Translations under genes and position numbers: made by a program
Notes under the pieces: model-generated
Told to the model about the DNA's origin: nothing
The model's input: the letters and a program-made list of their open reading frames with translations, nothing else
The model's database searches: none
IMG/VR virus record: IMGVR_UViG_3300007735_000926
Coordinates: 69,683 to 133,682 of that record
Reading direction: 5' to 3' (one strand)
Length of the DNA stretch: 64,000 nt
Origin: a virus
Taxonomy: Duplodnaviria > Heunggongvirae > Uroviricota > Caudoviricetes
In this document: positions 39,905 through 49,244 of the stretch, piece after piece
Numbering within the stretch: the stretch's first letter is position 1
Layout: each line of letters begins with the position of its first letter

Positions 39905-40879
39905 TTAAAATAAATCGTCTTCGTCGTAGGATTGTGTGTTTTTAGCGTATTCAACAGGTCTGGAATGGAAAAAATCTGTCATGTTTGGGGCAAGCATTTG
40001 TTCATCAAACCAAAAAGTCTCATCCAGAATGCTTGTGTTGGTATCGAATACTTTTGGGAATCCGATACCCACCAAAGATTCATTTATTCTATTTTTGATA
40101 AATTCCTTCAAAATTGGTGCCGACAAACCTTGTTCCTCGATACCGTTGACCATCCAATCAATAATTTTACTTTCTGAAATGAAAGCTTGTTCTGCTTCAT
40201 GGAGAATACGCTCTTCCAATTCTTTGTCAAATAATTCGGGGTGTTCTTCGCGAATCGTATTAATAATTTTCATACCAACCATCGCGTGAATTGCTTCTTC
40301 ATTACGGGTATAACGGACTTGTTGATCGGTATCTTTAAGAACATTCTTGTTCTTGGCAAACCAATTGATTACATAGAATTGGCTGAATAGAGAAACATTT
40401 TCAACAAATAATGTGAAAAGGATCAATGCATAAAGATATTGTTTTTTAGAATCTTTATAAAATCGATGAGTATATTTTTTAAGATATTTCACGCGACCTT
40501 GAATCCATTCGAGTTTGAGATTTTCCTCGAAAATATCTTCCATGTTCAATTCATCCAAAAGACGCTCATATGCATTATTATGGATAACCTCAACATTTGC
40601 CATAACAAAACCAAGATCCGACAATGCTGGGTGAGGAAGATTTTCCCCAAGCTTTGACCAAAATGTTTTAACTGCGACTTCAATTTGACCAATTGCTGAC
40701 AAAGTTCGAACGATGATTTCTCGCTCAACATCACTCAAAACCGTTTTAAATTGGTGATAATCCGCTTTAAAACTGAACTCTTTGTCTGTCCAAAAACCCT
40801 GATGCATGGCTTCGATAAATTTTGTCGTCCATGGATATTTGTTAGGTTTCCTACTAATTTGTTCATCAAAAATACTCAT
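39905..40879 (-). CDS. nrdB: Ribonucleotide reductase class I, small subunit
   Basis: FWT..E, EVIH..AY, VENVSLFSQF, RNEE.IH, DFF..RP.EY. Confidence 0.95.
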   Translation of the reverse strand: MSIFDEQISRKPNKYPWTTKFIEAMHQGFWTDKEFSFKADYHQFKTVLSDVEREIIVRTLSAIGQIEVAVKTFWSKLGENLPHPALSDLGFVMANVEVIHNNAYERLLDELNMEDIFEENLKLEWIQGRVKYLKKYTHRFYKDSKKQYLYALILFTLFVENVSLFSQFYVINWFAKNKNVLKDTDQQVRYTRNEEAIHAMVGMKIINTIREEHPELFDKELEERILHEAEQAFISESKIIDWMVNGIEEQGLSAPILKEFIKNRINESLVGIGFPKVFDTNTSILDETFWFDEQMLAPNMTDFFHSRPVEYAKNTQSYDEDDLF

Positions 40880-40985
40880 AATTGTCTATTACTTACCCCC
40901 AAATTCACCTCATTCATGTTTAAATTTTTTGTCATTCGTTTAGCTAAATATGCCACGAAGCTACAAAAAATCAACCCCTATTTTC

Positions 40986-41630
40986 TCAAATAATTTCGTC
41001 AATTATTCCATATTCAAGACACTCCTGAGCATCCAACCAAATGTCACGTTTCATGAGTTCATCCATCTTTTTCATTGGGACTTTGGTATGTTTTTTATAA
41101 AAATCTTTCAACAATTTCATCAATTTATTGCAAATGACCATCTCATCTTCCATTTCAGAAAATTTACCATAGACACCAGAACTCAATTGATGGATCAACA
41201 GATGTGCATGTTGTCCCATGTATCTCTTGGCTCCAATGCAAGTGATCAAGGTTCCAGCAGAAGCGACATTACCATCCACATAGGTATAGACCTTCGATTT
41301 CAATCTACGGATCGTATCCACGGTAGAAAATGCTGAAAACACGACACCGCCATTAGTGTTGACATGCAAATGGATAACGGGATCAAAATTATCATCAAAT
41401 CCCATGCTTTTGATACTTTGTAATTTATTATCCAATTCAAAAAGAATGCGATTTAATTCCAAAACAGAACCTTCATCAATATCAGAATAAAATAAAATTT
41501 TATTATTTACCACTCTGATACCATTAGCAATCGTGTTCAAATCTTCACTTGGAGATGCTATGATGATATTTGGAAAATTATTAGTATTGGCTTCCGATTC
41601 TTCCTCATTACGATACCCCCATCTTTTCAT
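40986..41630 (-). CDS. clpP: ClpP-like serine protease (start revised to MKRWGY)
   Basis: LHVNTNGG, G.VASAG.LI, LLIHQLSSG, RDIWLDA.ECLEYGIIDEII; TAAATA-N5-ATG. Confidence 0.85.
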   Translation of the reverse strand: MKRWGYRNEEESEANTNNFPNIIIASPSEDLNTIANGIRVVNNKILFYSDIDEGSVLELNRILFELDNKLQSIKSMGFDDNFDPVIHLHVNTNGGVVFSAFSTVDTIRRLKSKVYTYVDGNVASAGTLITCIGAKRYMGQHAHLLIHQLSSGVYGKFSEMEDEMVICNKLMKLLKDFYKKHTKVPMKKMDELMKRDIWLDAQECLEYGIIDEII

Positions 41631-41677
41631 ATTAGTATTTAACCACAAAAGATGGCGTTATCAAATTAAATAATATC

Positions 41678-41986
41678 GTGGACAAAAATTTACAAAACCT
41701 TTATTCTGATTTAATTTTGGAATATCAATCGGGATTCAATCCTCCTCAAAGAGTGCCCAATCAAGTGGTGCCCAAAGAAGCAGGGACTAAATTATCTCAT
41801 AATAAACAGGTAATTGGGATAGCACCACCAATGGTGACTTCCCATGTTTATGGGGAACAAGAAGAAGAACCTTCCGATATTTTAGAAATTATTCAAAATA
41901 TTGAACGCGAATATGAAGGAGATTCGCCTATCAACAATGCAGTGAGATTGGCATTTGGAAAATTGAAACAACAATTGAATAAATAA
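41678..41986 (+). CDS. Hypothetical late protein
   Basis: TAAATA-N5-GTG. Confidence 0.55.
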   Translation: MDKNLQNLYSDLILEYQSGFNPPQRVPNQVVPKEAGTKLSHNKQVIGIAPPMVTSHVYGEQEEEPSDILEIIQNIEREYEGDSPINNAVRLAFGKLKQQLNK

Positions 41987-41993
41987 TTTCACT

Positions 41994-42155
41994 ATGAAAA
42001 AATTAATCACAGTATTGATTGCAACATTTTTATTAAATTCTTGCCAAGTTCCTTTTAAAATAGAAACTCTCAATGGATCATTTGGTAGAAATGCGGATGG
42101 CTCCTTATTTTTAGGATATTCTCCAAAAAAGCCAGTGATTATTGATGGAAAATAA
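41994..42155 (+). CDS. Small lipoprotein (53 aa, not in ORF track; o-spanin-like candidate)
   Basis: MKKLITVLIATFLLNSC: signal peptide with lipobox-like Cys; converges on the amidase gene. Confidence 0.5.
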   Translation: MKKLITVLIATFLLNSCQVPFKIETLNGSFGRNADGSLFLGYSPKKPVIIDGK

Positions 42156-42169
42156 TCACTGGTGATAGA

Positions 42170-42745
42170 TTAGAATCCGCAATATTTGCGAAATTCTTCC
42201 ATAGGGAATGCTGGACCCGGATCAACTTTACGATCAGGTGCAATATCATCATGACCCAAGATGGCGTCCAGATTGTAACGTTGTGTGAGAACTTTACTCA
42301 ATTCTTTACCAGTTGCGATCTGTTCTGGAGTGTATTGTTCCCAATCACAAAGTGGGCCACCATTTTTATGTTTAGCTCTTAAAGGTGGCAATTTGGAATA
42401 ACGTCTAATTAAATTTGTAGAATCTCCACCATTAGCATATTCGATACCAATCGAGCAGGAATTTAATCCTGTATAAGTTTTACCTTCAAAAGTCCATTCT
42501 GATTTACCAGCGTGTCCACACGTAACATTGCAAGGGCGGCATTGATACAATGTCCCGTCTCTATCAATTATAAAATGTGCGCATGCTCCTTTAGCCTCTG
42601 GACTTTTCCAAAATTCAATCGATGACATCGCACTCGCACCACTTGTGAAGTGTTGAATAAGGAATCTGCGAACATACATTTTACTTCCACCTTCCAATGG
42701 AACTCTTTTTGCTGTATCAACCCAATGATCTTCTAAAACTTTCAT
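42170..42745 (-). CDS. N-acetylmuramoyl-L-alanine amidase (Amidase_2) endolysin
   Basis: LIQHFT, AHFIIDRDG, HAGKS, N..SIGIE, GHDDIAP.RKVDPGP.F. Confidence 0.9.
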   Translation of the reverse strand: MKVLEDHWVDTAKRVPLEGGSKMYVRRFLIQHFTSGASAMSSIEFWKSPEAKGACAHFIIDRDGTLYQCRPCNVTCGHAGKSEWTFEGKTYTGLNSCSIGIEYANGGDSTNLIRRYSKLPPLRAKHKNGGPLCDWEQYTPEQIATGKELSKVLTQRYNLDAILGHDDIAPDRKVDPGPAFPMEEFRKYCGF

Positions 42746-42753
42746 AATATTAT

Positions 42754-43158
42754 TTAGTGTCCGTAGCTTTCAATTCTTTTAATCCACAATGGATAAGATC
42801 CAATCACAACCGCAGAATAGATGGTCCATCTCATGGCCAATCCGACACCAGCTTCTTTCATCAATTTTAAAAATAACCAATTGGTTTCTTTCCAAGAGTA
42901 TTCTTTATTAAAAGGAGAAAAGCACCAATCATGAACCAAAGCAGCTGGGAAAGCTGGCCCATATGGTCCAACAATCGGCCATGCAAATTTGGGGGCAGAA
43001 ATACCATCGGTGATAAATCCTTTTTGAACTGTTATTAATTTTCCTTCAAAGAAACAACGAAAATCCTGTAAAAGTTTAAATTTTCTAGTTCCATTGATAA
43101 TACCCAGATCCTCCAATTGGATGGTATCTGGAAAAACATTTTTATTTAATTCGCCCAT
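42754..43158 (-). CDS. DUF1353 family protein
   Basis: V.KGF.TDG.S.P, AALVHDW, N.LF..LM...GV. Confidence 0.75.
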   Translation of the reverse strand: MGELNKNVFPDTIQLEDLGIINGTRKFKLLQDFRCFFEGKLITVQKGFITDGISAPKFAWPIVGPYGPAFPAALVHDWCFSPFNKEYSWKETNWLFLKLMKEAGVGLAMRWTIYSAVVIGSYPLWIKRIESYGH

Positions 43159-43222
43159 ACTATTATTTAGTACTTGACAAATTCAAAAGTTGGATTAAAT
43201 TGGAAAATATCTGAATAAAATG

Positions 43223-43296
43223 TGGACCATAGCTTAATGGTAAAGCCGACGATTGTGATTCGTCCTATGAGAGTTCGATTCTCTCTGGTCCAACCA
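43223..43296 (+). tRNA. trnH: tRNA-His(GTG), discriminator A73, genomic G at position -1
   Basis: Full cloverleaf tggacca/tggtcca, anticodon loop tt-GTG-at, CCA encoded. Confidence 0.9.
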
Positions 43297-43331
43297 TCTT
43301 CTATTTTTGAGAAAAAAAAAATAATATTTAT

Positions 43332-43426
43332 GGAGAGTAATGCAGCCTCGGTGGTTGTCGCTGTTTGCTAAACAGAGGGAGGTCATGAACAATGGCCTTT
43401 CGGTTCGATCCCGATGCTCTCCTCCA
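43332..43426 (+). tRNA. trnS: tRNA-Ser(GCT), long variable arm
   Basis: ggagagt/gctctcc acceptor stem, loop tt-GCT-aa, CCA encoded; U73 is atypical. Confidence 0.75.
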
Positions 43427-43469
43427 TTAGGGTTGACAAACTGAATTTCTGTGCTTAAATACACACCGT

Positions 43470-43862
43470 ATGAAGACATTACTGACAACAGCATTACTTC
43501 TTATTTTCTCGGTCAGCTGCTCCGCTGTAAAGCCAGCAAGCAATCCGTTGAAATCAAGCAACCCAACAAAAGTCCAAACCGGAAAAGCATCATGGTATAG
43601 CACCTTCTGCAACAAAGGAAGCAAGACAGCCAGCGGTGAACGTTTGAACAATAACAGTTCGACAGCAGCCCACAAAACGCTTCCCTTGGGAACCAAGGTG
43701 AAAGTTATTAACGTGAGCAATGGTAAAAGCGAAATTGTTAAAATCTCTGATCGTGGTCCTTACGTAAAGGGTCGAATCATTGATGTGACTGTCGGGGTTG
43801 CGTCCCGCCTTGGATTCAAATCTCAAGGTGTCGCAGATGTTAGAATCGAAGTCCTTCAATAA
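43470..43862 (+). CDS. rlpA: RlpA-like DPBB lytic transglycosylase (lipoprotein signal)
   Basis: QTGKASWY, TASGE, TAAHKTLPLGTKVKV.N..NGKS.IV.I.DRGP...GRIID. Confidence 0.9.
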   Translation: MKTLLTTALLLIFSVSCSAVKPASNPLKSSNPTKVQTGKASWYSTFCNKGSKTASGERLNNNSSTAAHKTLPLGTKVKVINVSNGKSEIVKISDRGPYVKGRIIDVTVGVASRLGFKSQGVADVRIEVLQ

Positions 43863-43863
43863 T

Positions 43864-44553
43864 ATGGCAACACAAGATAATCTAGGTGATAGGTGTAAAA
43901 AATACGAAAGTACATTTGAAAATTATTTTCTAAGAAAAACACCAATCATAGTTCGAGTCGATGGTAAAGGATTTAGCAAATGGACAAAAGGATGTGCCCG
44001 TCCATATGACCAATCTTTGATCGACACCATGTTTAAATCAGCAAAACAAGTTGCTTCGTCAATGCAGGGTTGCAAAGCATTGTATGCTCAAAGTGATGAA
44101 GTAACTTTCTTGCTTCTTGATGACGGAGATGAAAATACCCAACAATGGTTTGGTGGTCGCCAGAATAAAATCGAGAGCATTACATCTGCTATGATGACTG
44201 CATTCTTCAATAGGAATTGGTTTGGTGAGAACCCAACATCTACAAAAAACCCTGCTATATTTGACGCTAGAGCATTTCAATGCCCGCGTGAAGATGTAAG
44301 CAATGTGTTTCTTTGGAGAGCAAAAGATTGGCAACGAAACAGCTTGAACATGTATTGCATGCAGCATTTTTCTCACAAGGAATTGCAAGGAAAAAGCAGA
44401 GATGACAGACATAACATGCTTGCTGCTATTGGTAAAAATTGGTCTGATGATGTAACACCACAGCAAAAGTTCGGATCTTTCTGGACATTAGCTGGTGATC
44501 ATCTAAATGTTGAACCAACTTACAGTTCTATCAATTCTATTATTTTCCCATGA
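43864..44553 (+). CDS. thg1: tRNA-His guanylyltransferase Thg1-like protein (start revised to MATQD)
   Basis: DR.K.YE, IIVRVDGKGFSK, YAQSDEV, WF.GR..KI.S, FDARAF, F.WR..D..RNS. Confidence 0.9.
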   Translation: MATQDNLGDRCKKYESTFENYFLRKTPIIVRVDGKGFSKWTKGCARPYDQSLIDTMFKSAKQVASSMQGCKALYAQSDEVTFLLLDDGDENTQQWFGGRQNKIESITSAMMTAFFNRNWFGENPTSTKNPAIFDARAFQCPREDVSNVFLWRAKDWQRNSLNMYCMQHFSHKELQGKSRDDRHNMLAAIGKNWSDDVTPQQKFGSFWTLAGDHLNVEPTYSSINSIIFP

Positions 44554-45215
44554 CTAATACAGTAAAACTACTCGGACATTACGGCTCAGATGAAATTATA
44601 GCTTGTTCAGCTTGGACTAGCACTTCTCGCGATTTGGATGAAGATAAGAAATCACGCATTCCCAATTTGATCAACATGCTTTGGTCAAATGGACATGAAA
44701 CACCTTTTGAAAAGGGCGTTGTGCATTTCCTTGTTGATACCGATATCGCTTCACATATTCATTTGCTGAAGCATCGAATATCAAATATGAACGCTGAAAG
44801 TGCTCGATACAAAGAACTTAAGGAAGATAAATTTTATCTGCCTAATGATTGGATTGGTGTTAAAGCCAACACCAAAGCATTAATAATTGAAGATGAGGAG
44901 GATCATGATTGGTATGATATATTGGAACAATACACCAAGATTGGCAATGCTCTATATCACGATGCTCTAAAAGACTTGACAGAAGCAATTGGACGTAAAC
45001 GCGCAAAAGAATCTGCTCGATTCTTCAAGACTTACAATTCCCAAATTCAAGGCGATGTAATGTTTAATATGCGATCCTTTGCCAATTTCCTCAAGCTTCG
45101 AAACAGCGAGCATGCTCAATTAGAAATCCGAGAAGTAGCCGCTGAAATGCTAGAGTTGGTTAAGAATATTGAAGGTAATCCTTTTGAACATACTTTAAAA
45201 GCTTGGGGGTATTAA
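44550..45215 (+). CDS. thyX: Flavin-dependent thymidylate synthase
   Basis: GHETPFE, HLLKHR..NMNAESARY, E.ARF, N.RSF..FL.LR....AQLEIR. Confidence 0.9.
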   Translation: MTNTVKLLGHYGSDEIIACSAWTSTSRDLDEDKKSRIPNLINMLWSNGHETPFEKGVVHFLVDTDIASHIHLLKHRISNMNAESARYKELKEDKFYLPNDWIGVKANTKALIIEDEEDHDWYDILEQYTKIGNALYHDALKDLTEAIGRKRAKESARFFKTYNSQIQGDVMFNMRSFANFLKLRNSEHAQLEIREVAAEMLELVKNIEGNPFEHTLKAWGY

Positions 45216-45536
45216 ATGAATATTGGTGTCCATACATCTCATTGTTGCGCGCTCCACGGTTGTAAATATGGAGACGAAGATTGTCCTGTTGTTTTAAAGA
45301 CTCATAAACAAAAATACGATTGCGAATCCTGTGATTATGATAAAGAATTTCCCCATATCGATACAGAACGATTAGACTTTTTTGAAAATAATACGGGGTG
45401 GTTTCGTTACTCAGGAATCTCGACTTTAACAATGGATGGAAAATATCCCTGTTGGTCTGTTTGGACTCCCAAAGAAGGACACACCACTCGAAAAACTTTG
45501 CGCGAAGCAATCGATGCTGCAATGGAAATATCTTAA
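45216..45536 (+). CDS. Hypothetical protein (Cys/His-rich N-terminus)
   Basis: H.SHCC..HGCKYG...CP motif. Confidence 0.6.
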   Translation: MNIGVHTSHCCALHGCKYGDEDCPVVLKTHKQKYDCESCDYDKEFPHIDTERLDFFENNTGWFRYSGISTLTMDGKYPCWSVWTPKEGHTTRKTLREAIDAAMEIS

Positions 45537-45587
45537 AATAAAATTATATTTTATTGATTTTCCTATAATTCAGATAAATAAATTAGT

Positions 45588-45785
45588 ATGATCAAAGTAT
45601 TATCAAACAATAGTGTAAAGTTATGTTGCAAAGGAAAAGGTTGCCCAGTGGTCACTGAACTCGCCGATGGAAATGTGGAAATTACCGATGATTTCGGCAA
45701 CAAGATTGTTGTAAAGAAGGAAGAAGCACTTCTGATTTCAGATGGTGTGAAGACGATTGACGACCAGAAACTTATCTTAGGATGA
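45588..45785 (+). CDS. Small hypothetical protein
   Basis: 65 aa, CCKGKGCP motif. Confidence 0.55.
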   Translation: MIKVLSNNSVKLCCKGKGCPVVTELADGNVEITDDFGNKIVVKKEEALLISDGVKTIDDQKLILG

Positions 45786-46075
45786 ACCTCTGGTTTCAAT
45801 CTTTTGTTTTAATCGGCACTTGCTTGATTCTGAAATACGGATCAATCTTGAATCCTATTCGTGAACATTTGTCTGAAAATGATTTCTTCAAAAAATTATT
45901 TAAATGTTGTATGTGTCTAGGATTTTGGGTTGGATCTTTCTACGGTATGTTTTGGAGTGGAACCCCTTGGATGATTCCTTTGTGGGGGTTCTACGCATCC
46001 TCCATCTGTTGGTTTGCTGATTACCTGACCATGGTGATTGACAAATATTTGGATGGTGGTAAAGTAGATCCATGA
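45782..46075 (+). CDS. DUF1360-like membrane protein
   Basis: KLF.CCMCLGFWVG plus hydrophobic segments. Confidence 0.55.
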   Translation: MNLWFQSFVLIGTCLILKYGSILNPIREHLSENDFFKKLFKCCMCLGFWVGSFYGMFWSGTPWMIPLWGFYASSICWFADYLTMVIDKYLDGGKVDP

Positions 46076-46359
46076 ACAGAACACCCGATGATTTTATTCA
46101 AAAAACGATAGAAGAAAAATCGAAAATTATTCATTCTATGACCAATGAAGAGGTTTGGAATTTAATTCCAAATTCCTCTTTTATTTTTTATTATACTAAA
46201 AAAAGTGATGGCGAAATAATCAAAGAGAGCTACACACTAAACAAAAATTTTAAAGGAATTAAAAATCATATCAAAATGATTGAAAATTGGTATGGTTTTA
46301 TCGAATGGGATAATATCTTGGGTTCAAAGAAAATAGTTGATCATATTAAATCACTATGA
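46072..46359 (+). CDS. Hypothetical protein
   Basis: 95-aa ORF, ATGA overlap. Confidence 0.55.
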   Translation: MNRTPDDFIQKTIEEKSKIIHSMTNEEVWNLIPNSSFIFYYTKKSDGEIIKESYTLNKNFKGIKNHIKMIENWYGFIEWDNILGSKKIVDHIKSL

Positions 46360-46385
46360 ATAAACACTTAAAGATAAATAATAAA

Positions 46386-46988
46386 ATGAAGACATTCTAT
46401 CAATTCTTTTGGGAAGCATTCTCAGACATTGGAAAATTATCACCTGAGCAATTAAAAATCAGTAGAAGGCTCACCGCAGATGATTCTGAAAAATTTAAAA
46501 AAGTTGATTGGAGATCATTTTATAAAATTATCAATGCTTACATGAAAGCTGATGCTGCTCGTTCAGCCAATCCCGAACTTTTTAAAGATATTAAAAATAA
46601 TATAACCATTTACAAACCAGAAGAATATTCGAAAATGGAATGTTTCGTTGGTCCAAATAATACTAGCGGATACTGCATCAAAGGAGGGGATGAATTGGTC
46701 TCAGTTTTCTCTGCTGGAGAATCTTCGGGTGATGCTATTGTGAAAAGCGCCATTAAAAATGGTGCAAGACGTTTGGATTGCTTTGCGGATCAAGATGAAA
46801 ATGGTAATATTAAACCTACTAAATTATTCAAACTTTACAGTAGGAACGGTTTCGTGATTGACACTGACAAAAATGATGATAGCATGCCTTACCCCATTTT
46901 CAATGGTATTTCTTATTACGTTGACGAAAGTGGTAAGATTCACAAAGATGCTGAAACAGTGGTGGTTTACATGAAATTAAATAAATGA
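46386..46988 (+). CDS. GNAT-like acetyltransferase domain protein of polyvalent-protein type (start revised to MKTFYQFFWE)
   Basis: GYCIKG.DELVSVFS, AIKNGARRLDCF, LY.R.GF; TAAATA-N5-ATG. Confidence 0.55.
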   Translation: MKTFYQFFWEAFSDIGKLSPEQLKISRRLTADDSEKFKKVDWRSFYKIINAYMKADAARSANPELFKDIKNNITIYKPEEYSKMECFVGPNNTSGYCIKGGDELVSVFSAGESSGDAIVKSAIKNGARRLDCFADQDENGNIKPTKLFKLYSRNGFVIDTDKNDDSMPYPIFNGISYYVDESGKIHKDAETVVVYMKLNK

Positions 46989-47278
46989 CGATAATTTATC
47001 CAAAAAAATATATTGAAAATGCCACGAACAATTATTCGGAAGTGGAATTTATTTCCTCAGAAGATGCGATCCCGCATCCATCAGGAATGTATGATACATT
47101 CCTGATGATTGTCGAACATATGTCTGGGATGGCTGATTTAAATTACGAATTGTCATTCTGTAATAAAAATAATAGGCATATTGTGAAAACTGTAATCGAC
47201 TGTAATTTTTATTCTGGAAATTTGGAATTTTTAATAAAAAAATTTAACGCAATAGAAAATATTTGGAACTATGAATGA
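46985..47278 (+). CDS. Hypothetical protein
   Basis: 97-aa ORF, ATGA overlap. Confidence 0.55.
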   Translation: MTIIYPKKYIENATNNYSEVEFISSEDAIPHPSGMYDTFLMIVEHMSGMADLNYELSFCNKNNRHIVKTVIDCNFYSGNLEFLIKKFNAIENIWNYE

Positions 47279-48185
47279 TGATTTAAAAATTAGGAATTTG
47301 TATAATCAAATTATAAATGAAAGAGCAAATGCAAGAGGCGTTGTTTTGTTGGAAAATGTGAATATTCCGGTAACACGAACAAGTCCTGATAAACTTGAAT
47401 TCGATGGAGTCGTTAAGAATTTTGACGACAATACTAGACCATTTTGTTTTATCGGGCAAGATTCTGAATTAATCGGTACCATCAATCATAGAAAGGGGAC
47501 ACACCCATACATATTCACCGCTTTTACCAAATTGGCAGCAGCATTGAATATCATCCCATTTCCAGCAACGATGAGTTATTTGAAATCTATGTATTCCAAT
47601 ACAAAAATTAAAGACGCTAAAAAGATTCTTAAAGATGATGACGTATCATTTTTAGGTAAGTTGGATATTAAAAATTTGGAATATTTTGCTAAACATCAAA
47701 AGTCTGGAATGACCACCGATACTAGAAGAAATACCAGAGCAGGTAGAATATGGTTTTCAGTTCCATCCAAAACATTGAAAAAGGATGTGCAAGTTGTCGT
47801 TTTCTGGTGTAGAGAAAAAGATTTGAAACCAGATGATCTTAAAAATTTGAAAAAGTATTTTAAATTGGGTGACTTTTTCTGGTCAGCTACAGATTCGAGT
47901 CGATTTAATCATTTTGGCGATGACTATCGAGAAACTGAATCGGGTGAAATCAAAGAATTGAAAAGTAAAATCTATCCAGAATTATCACATGATGATATTG
48001 TGGATATTTTGATGAGGGCGCACACTGGATTCAAGATGACACCATATGAAAAGAAAGTCGTGTGGGAATTTAGAGGATTCGACCCATCAGAAATTAAACA
48101 CGTTACAGGTGGTTATCCTTCTGTGGCTGAATATAGACATCGTGAAAAATTTAGTGAGAGTGCGAACAGTGGTGCAAATCACTAA
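47271..48185 (+). CDS. Hypothetical protein
   Basis: 304-aa ORF. Confidence 0.65.
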   Translation: MNDDLKIRNLYNQIINERANARGVVLLENVNIPVTRTSPDKLEFDGVVKNFDDNTRPFCFIGQDSELIGTINHRKGTHPYIFTAFTKLAAALNIIPFPATMSYLKSMYSNTKIKDAKKILKDDDVSFLGKLDIKNLEYFAKHQKSGMTTDTRRNTRAGRIWFSVPSKTLKKDVQVVVFWCREKDLKPDDLKNLKKYFKLGDFFWSATDSSRFNHFGDDYRETESGEIKELKSKIYPELSHDDIVDILMRAHTGFKMTPYEKKVVWEFRGFDPSEIKHVTGGYPSVAEYRHREKFSESANSGANH

Positions 48186-48193
48186 ATAATAAC

Positions 48194-49015
48194 ATGTTCA
48201 AGCAGAAAGATTTAATAAATCTTGAAAATTTTTTAAGAATAATTTATGAACGACACGAAAAATACACTCCTGACAGAATCCCATCTGGAGCGGAACAAGG
48301 CTATTCTGGAAGAGGTGGAAAAAAACTCAAAGCTGCCACCGCTGTCGCTTACAGAAGCCATGAATCAATACGAGATGATTCGATCCCAGAGTTCACAGCG
48401 GAAAAAGAATACAAGAAAAAGGTCGCTGGTAGAAATGTGATGTCGCAACGGGTAAAGCCCGTGGAAGAAAAATGGCTAACCCATTGGGCAAATCAAGTCG
48501 GCCTAATGATGGACAATGACGAATTTGATCGCGAATGGAGAAAGCAAGGTGAAAAAGGAGAAGCGGAGAACAATGTGTATTTTGATGAAGCATCACAAAG
48601 ATGGTTCAAAAGAAATAATCTGTCTTATCACACCACATTTTTAGAGTTCTTTTACAGACTTGCATTGCACAATGCGTCTTTTCCTGAAGCTCCCTATGCA
48701 TTGGAAGGTTTTGTCATAAATGATGGAGAATTGCAACCAGTTATTTCACAACCTCATGTTCGAGCCACAAAAGGCGCATCTCCTGTAGATGTCGAACGAT
48801 TAATGAATAAATTGGGTTATTCAAAAATTCCGGGCACTCAGCACGATTACATCAATCAAGAAAAAGGAATTCGTGTGGAAGACATGCACGATGAGAATGT
48901 CTTGATGGATGATGATGGGAATATCTTTGTGGTTGATCCTGTAATCTATTTGGATGATGAGGGAAAGAAACATCGCATCACATCCAAAGATCCTTTGTTA
49001 CACGAGCTTAAATAA
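48194..49015 (+). CDS. Kinase-PolyVal-like Ser/Thr/Tyr kinase
   Basis: G.AENNVY, FF.RL.LHN..FPE.PY.L.GF, V.SQP.V, V.DMHDENVL...G.I.V.DP; TAAATA-N5-ATG. Confidence 0.7.
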   Translation: MFKQKDLINLENFLRIIYERHEKYTPDRIPSGAEQGYSGRGGKKLKAATAVAYRSHESIRDDSIPEFTAEKEYKKKVAGRNVMSQRVKPVEEKWLTHWANQVGLMMDNDEFDREWRKQGEKGEAENNVYFDEASQRWFKRNNLSYHTTFLEFFYRLALHNASFPEAPYALEGFVINDGELQPVISQPHVRATKGASPVDVERLMNKLGYSKIPGTQHDYINQEKGIRVEDMHDENVLMDDDGNIFVVDPVIYLDDEGKKHRITSKDPLLHELK

Positions 49016-49019
49016 TATT

Positions 49020-49244
49020 ATGAAAAAATTCTCCGATTTCTTTGACGAATACTTCAAAAAAGTTAAAAAGACCAATCTCCCTAAGAAAGAAGTATCAAAG
49101 GGAGAAAAGGTTGAGCAAGAACATGTTGCGCCATCCAAGCGCAAATCTAAACAAGGAAAGAAAATCGCAAGAACGATTTCCAAACAGCATGTCGAAGAAG
49201 ATCCCAAGTATTACTCTAAAATGGAGAAATGGCACAAGGATTAA
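49020..49244 (+). CDS. Small late protein, DUF5661-like (start revised to MKKFSDFFDE)
   Basis: I...H..EDP.YYSKM motif; TAAATA-N5-ATG. Confidence 0.5.
   Translation: MKKFSDFFDEYFKKVKKTNLPKKEVSKGEKVEQEHVAPSKRKSKQGKKIARTISKQHVEEDPKYYSKMEKWHKD

Noticed and set aside
43798-43863. Extended N-terminus of the Thg1-like ORF
   Set aside because: Overlaps the rlpA 3' end; family similarity begins at the ATG at 43864, 1 nt after the rlpA stop
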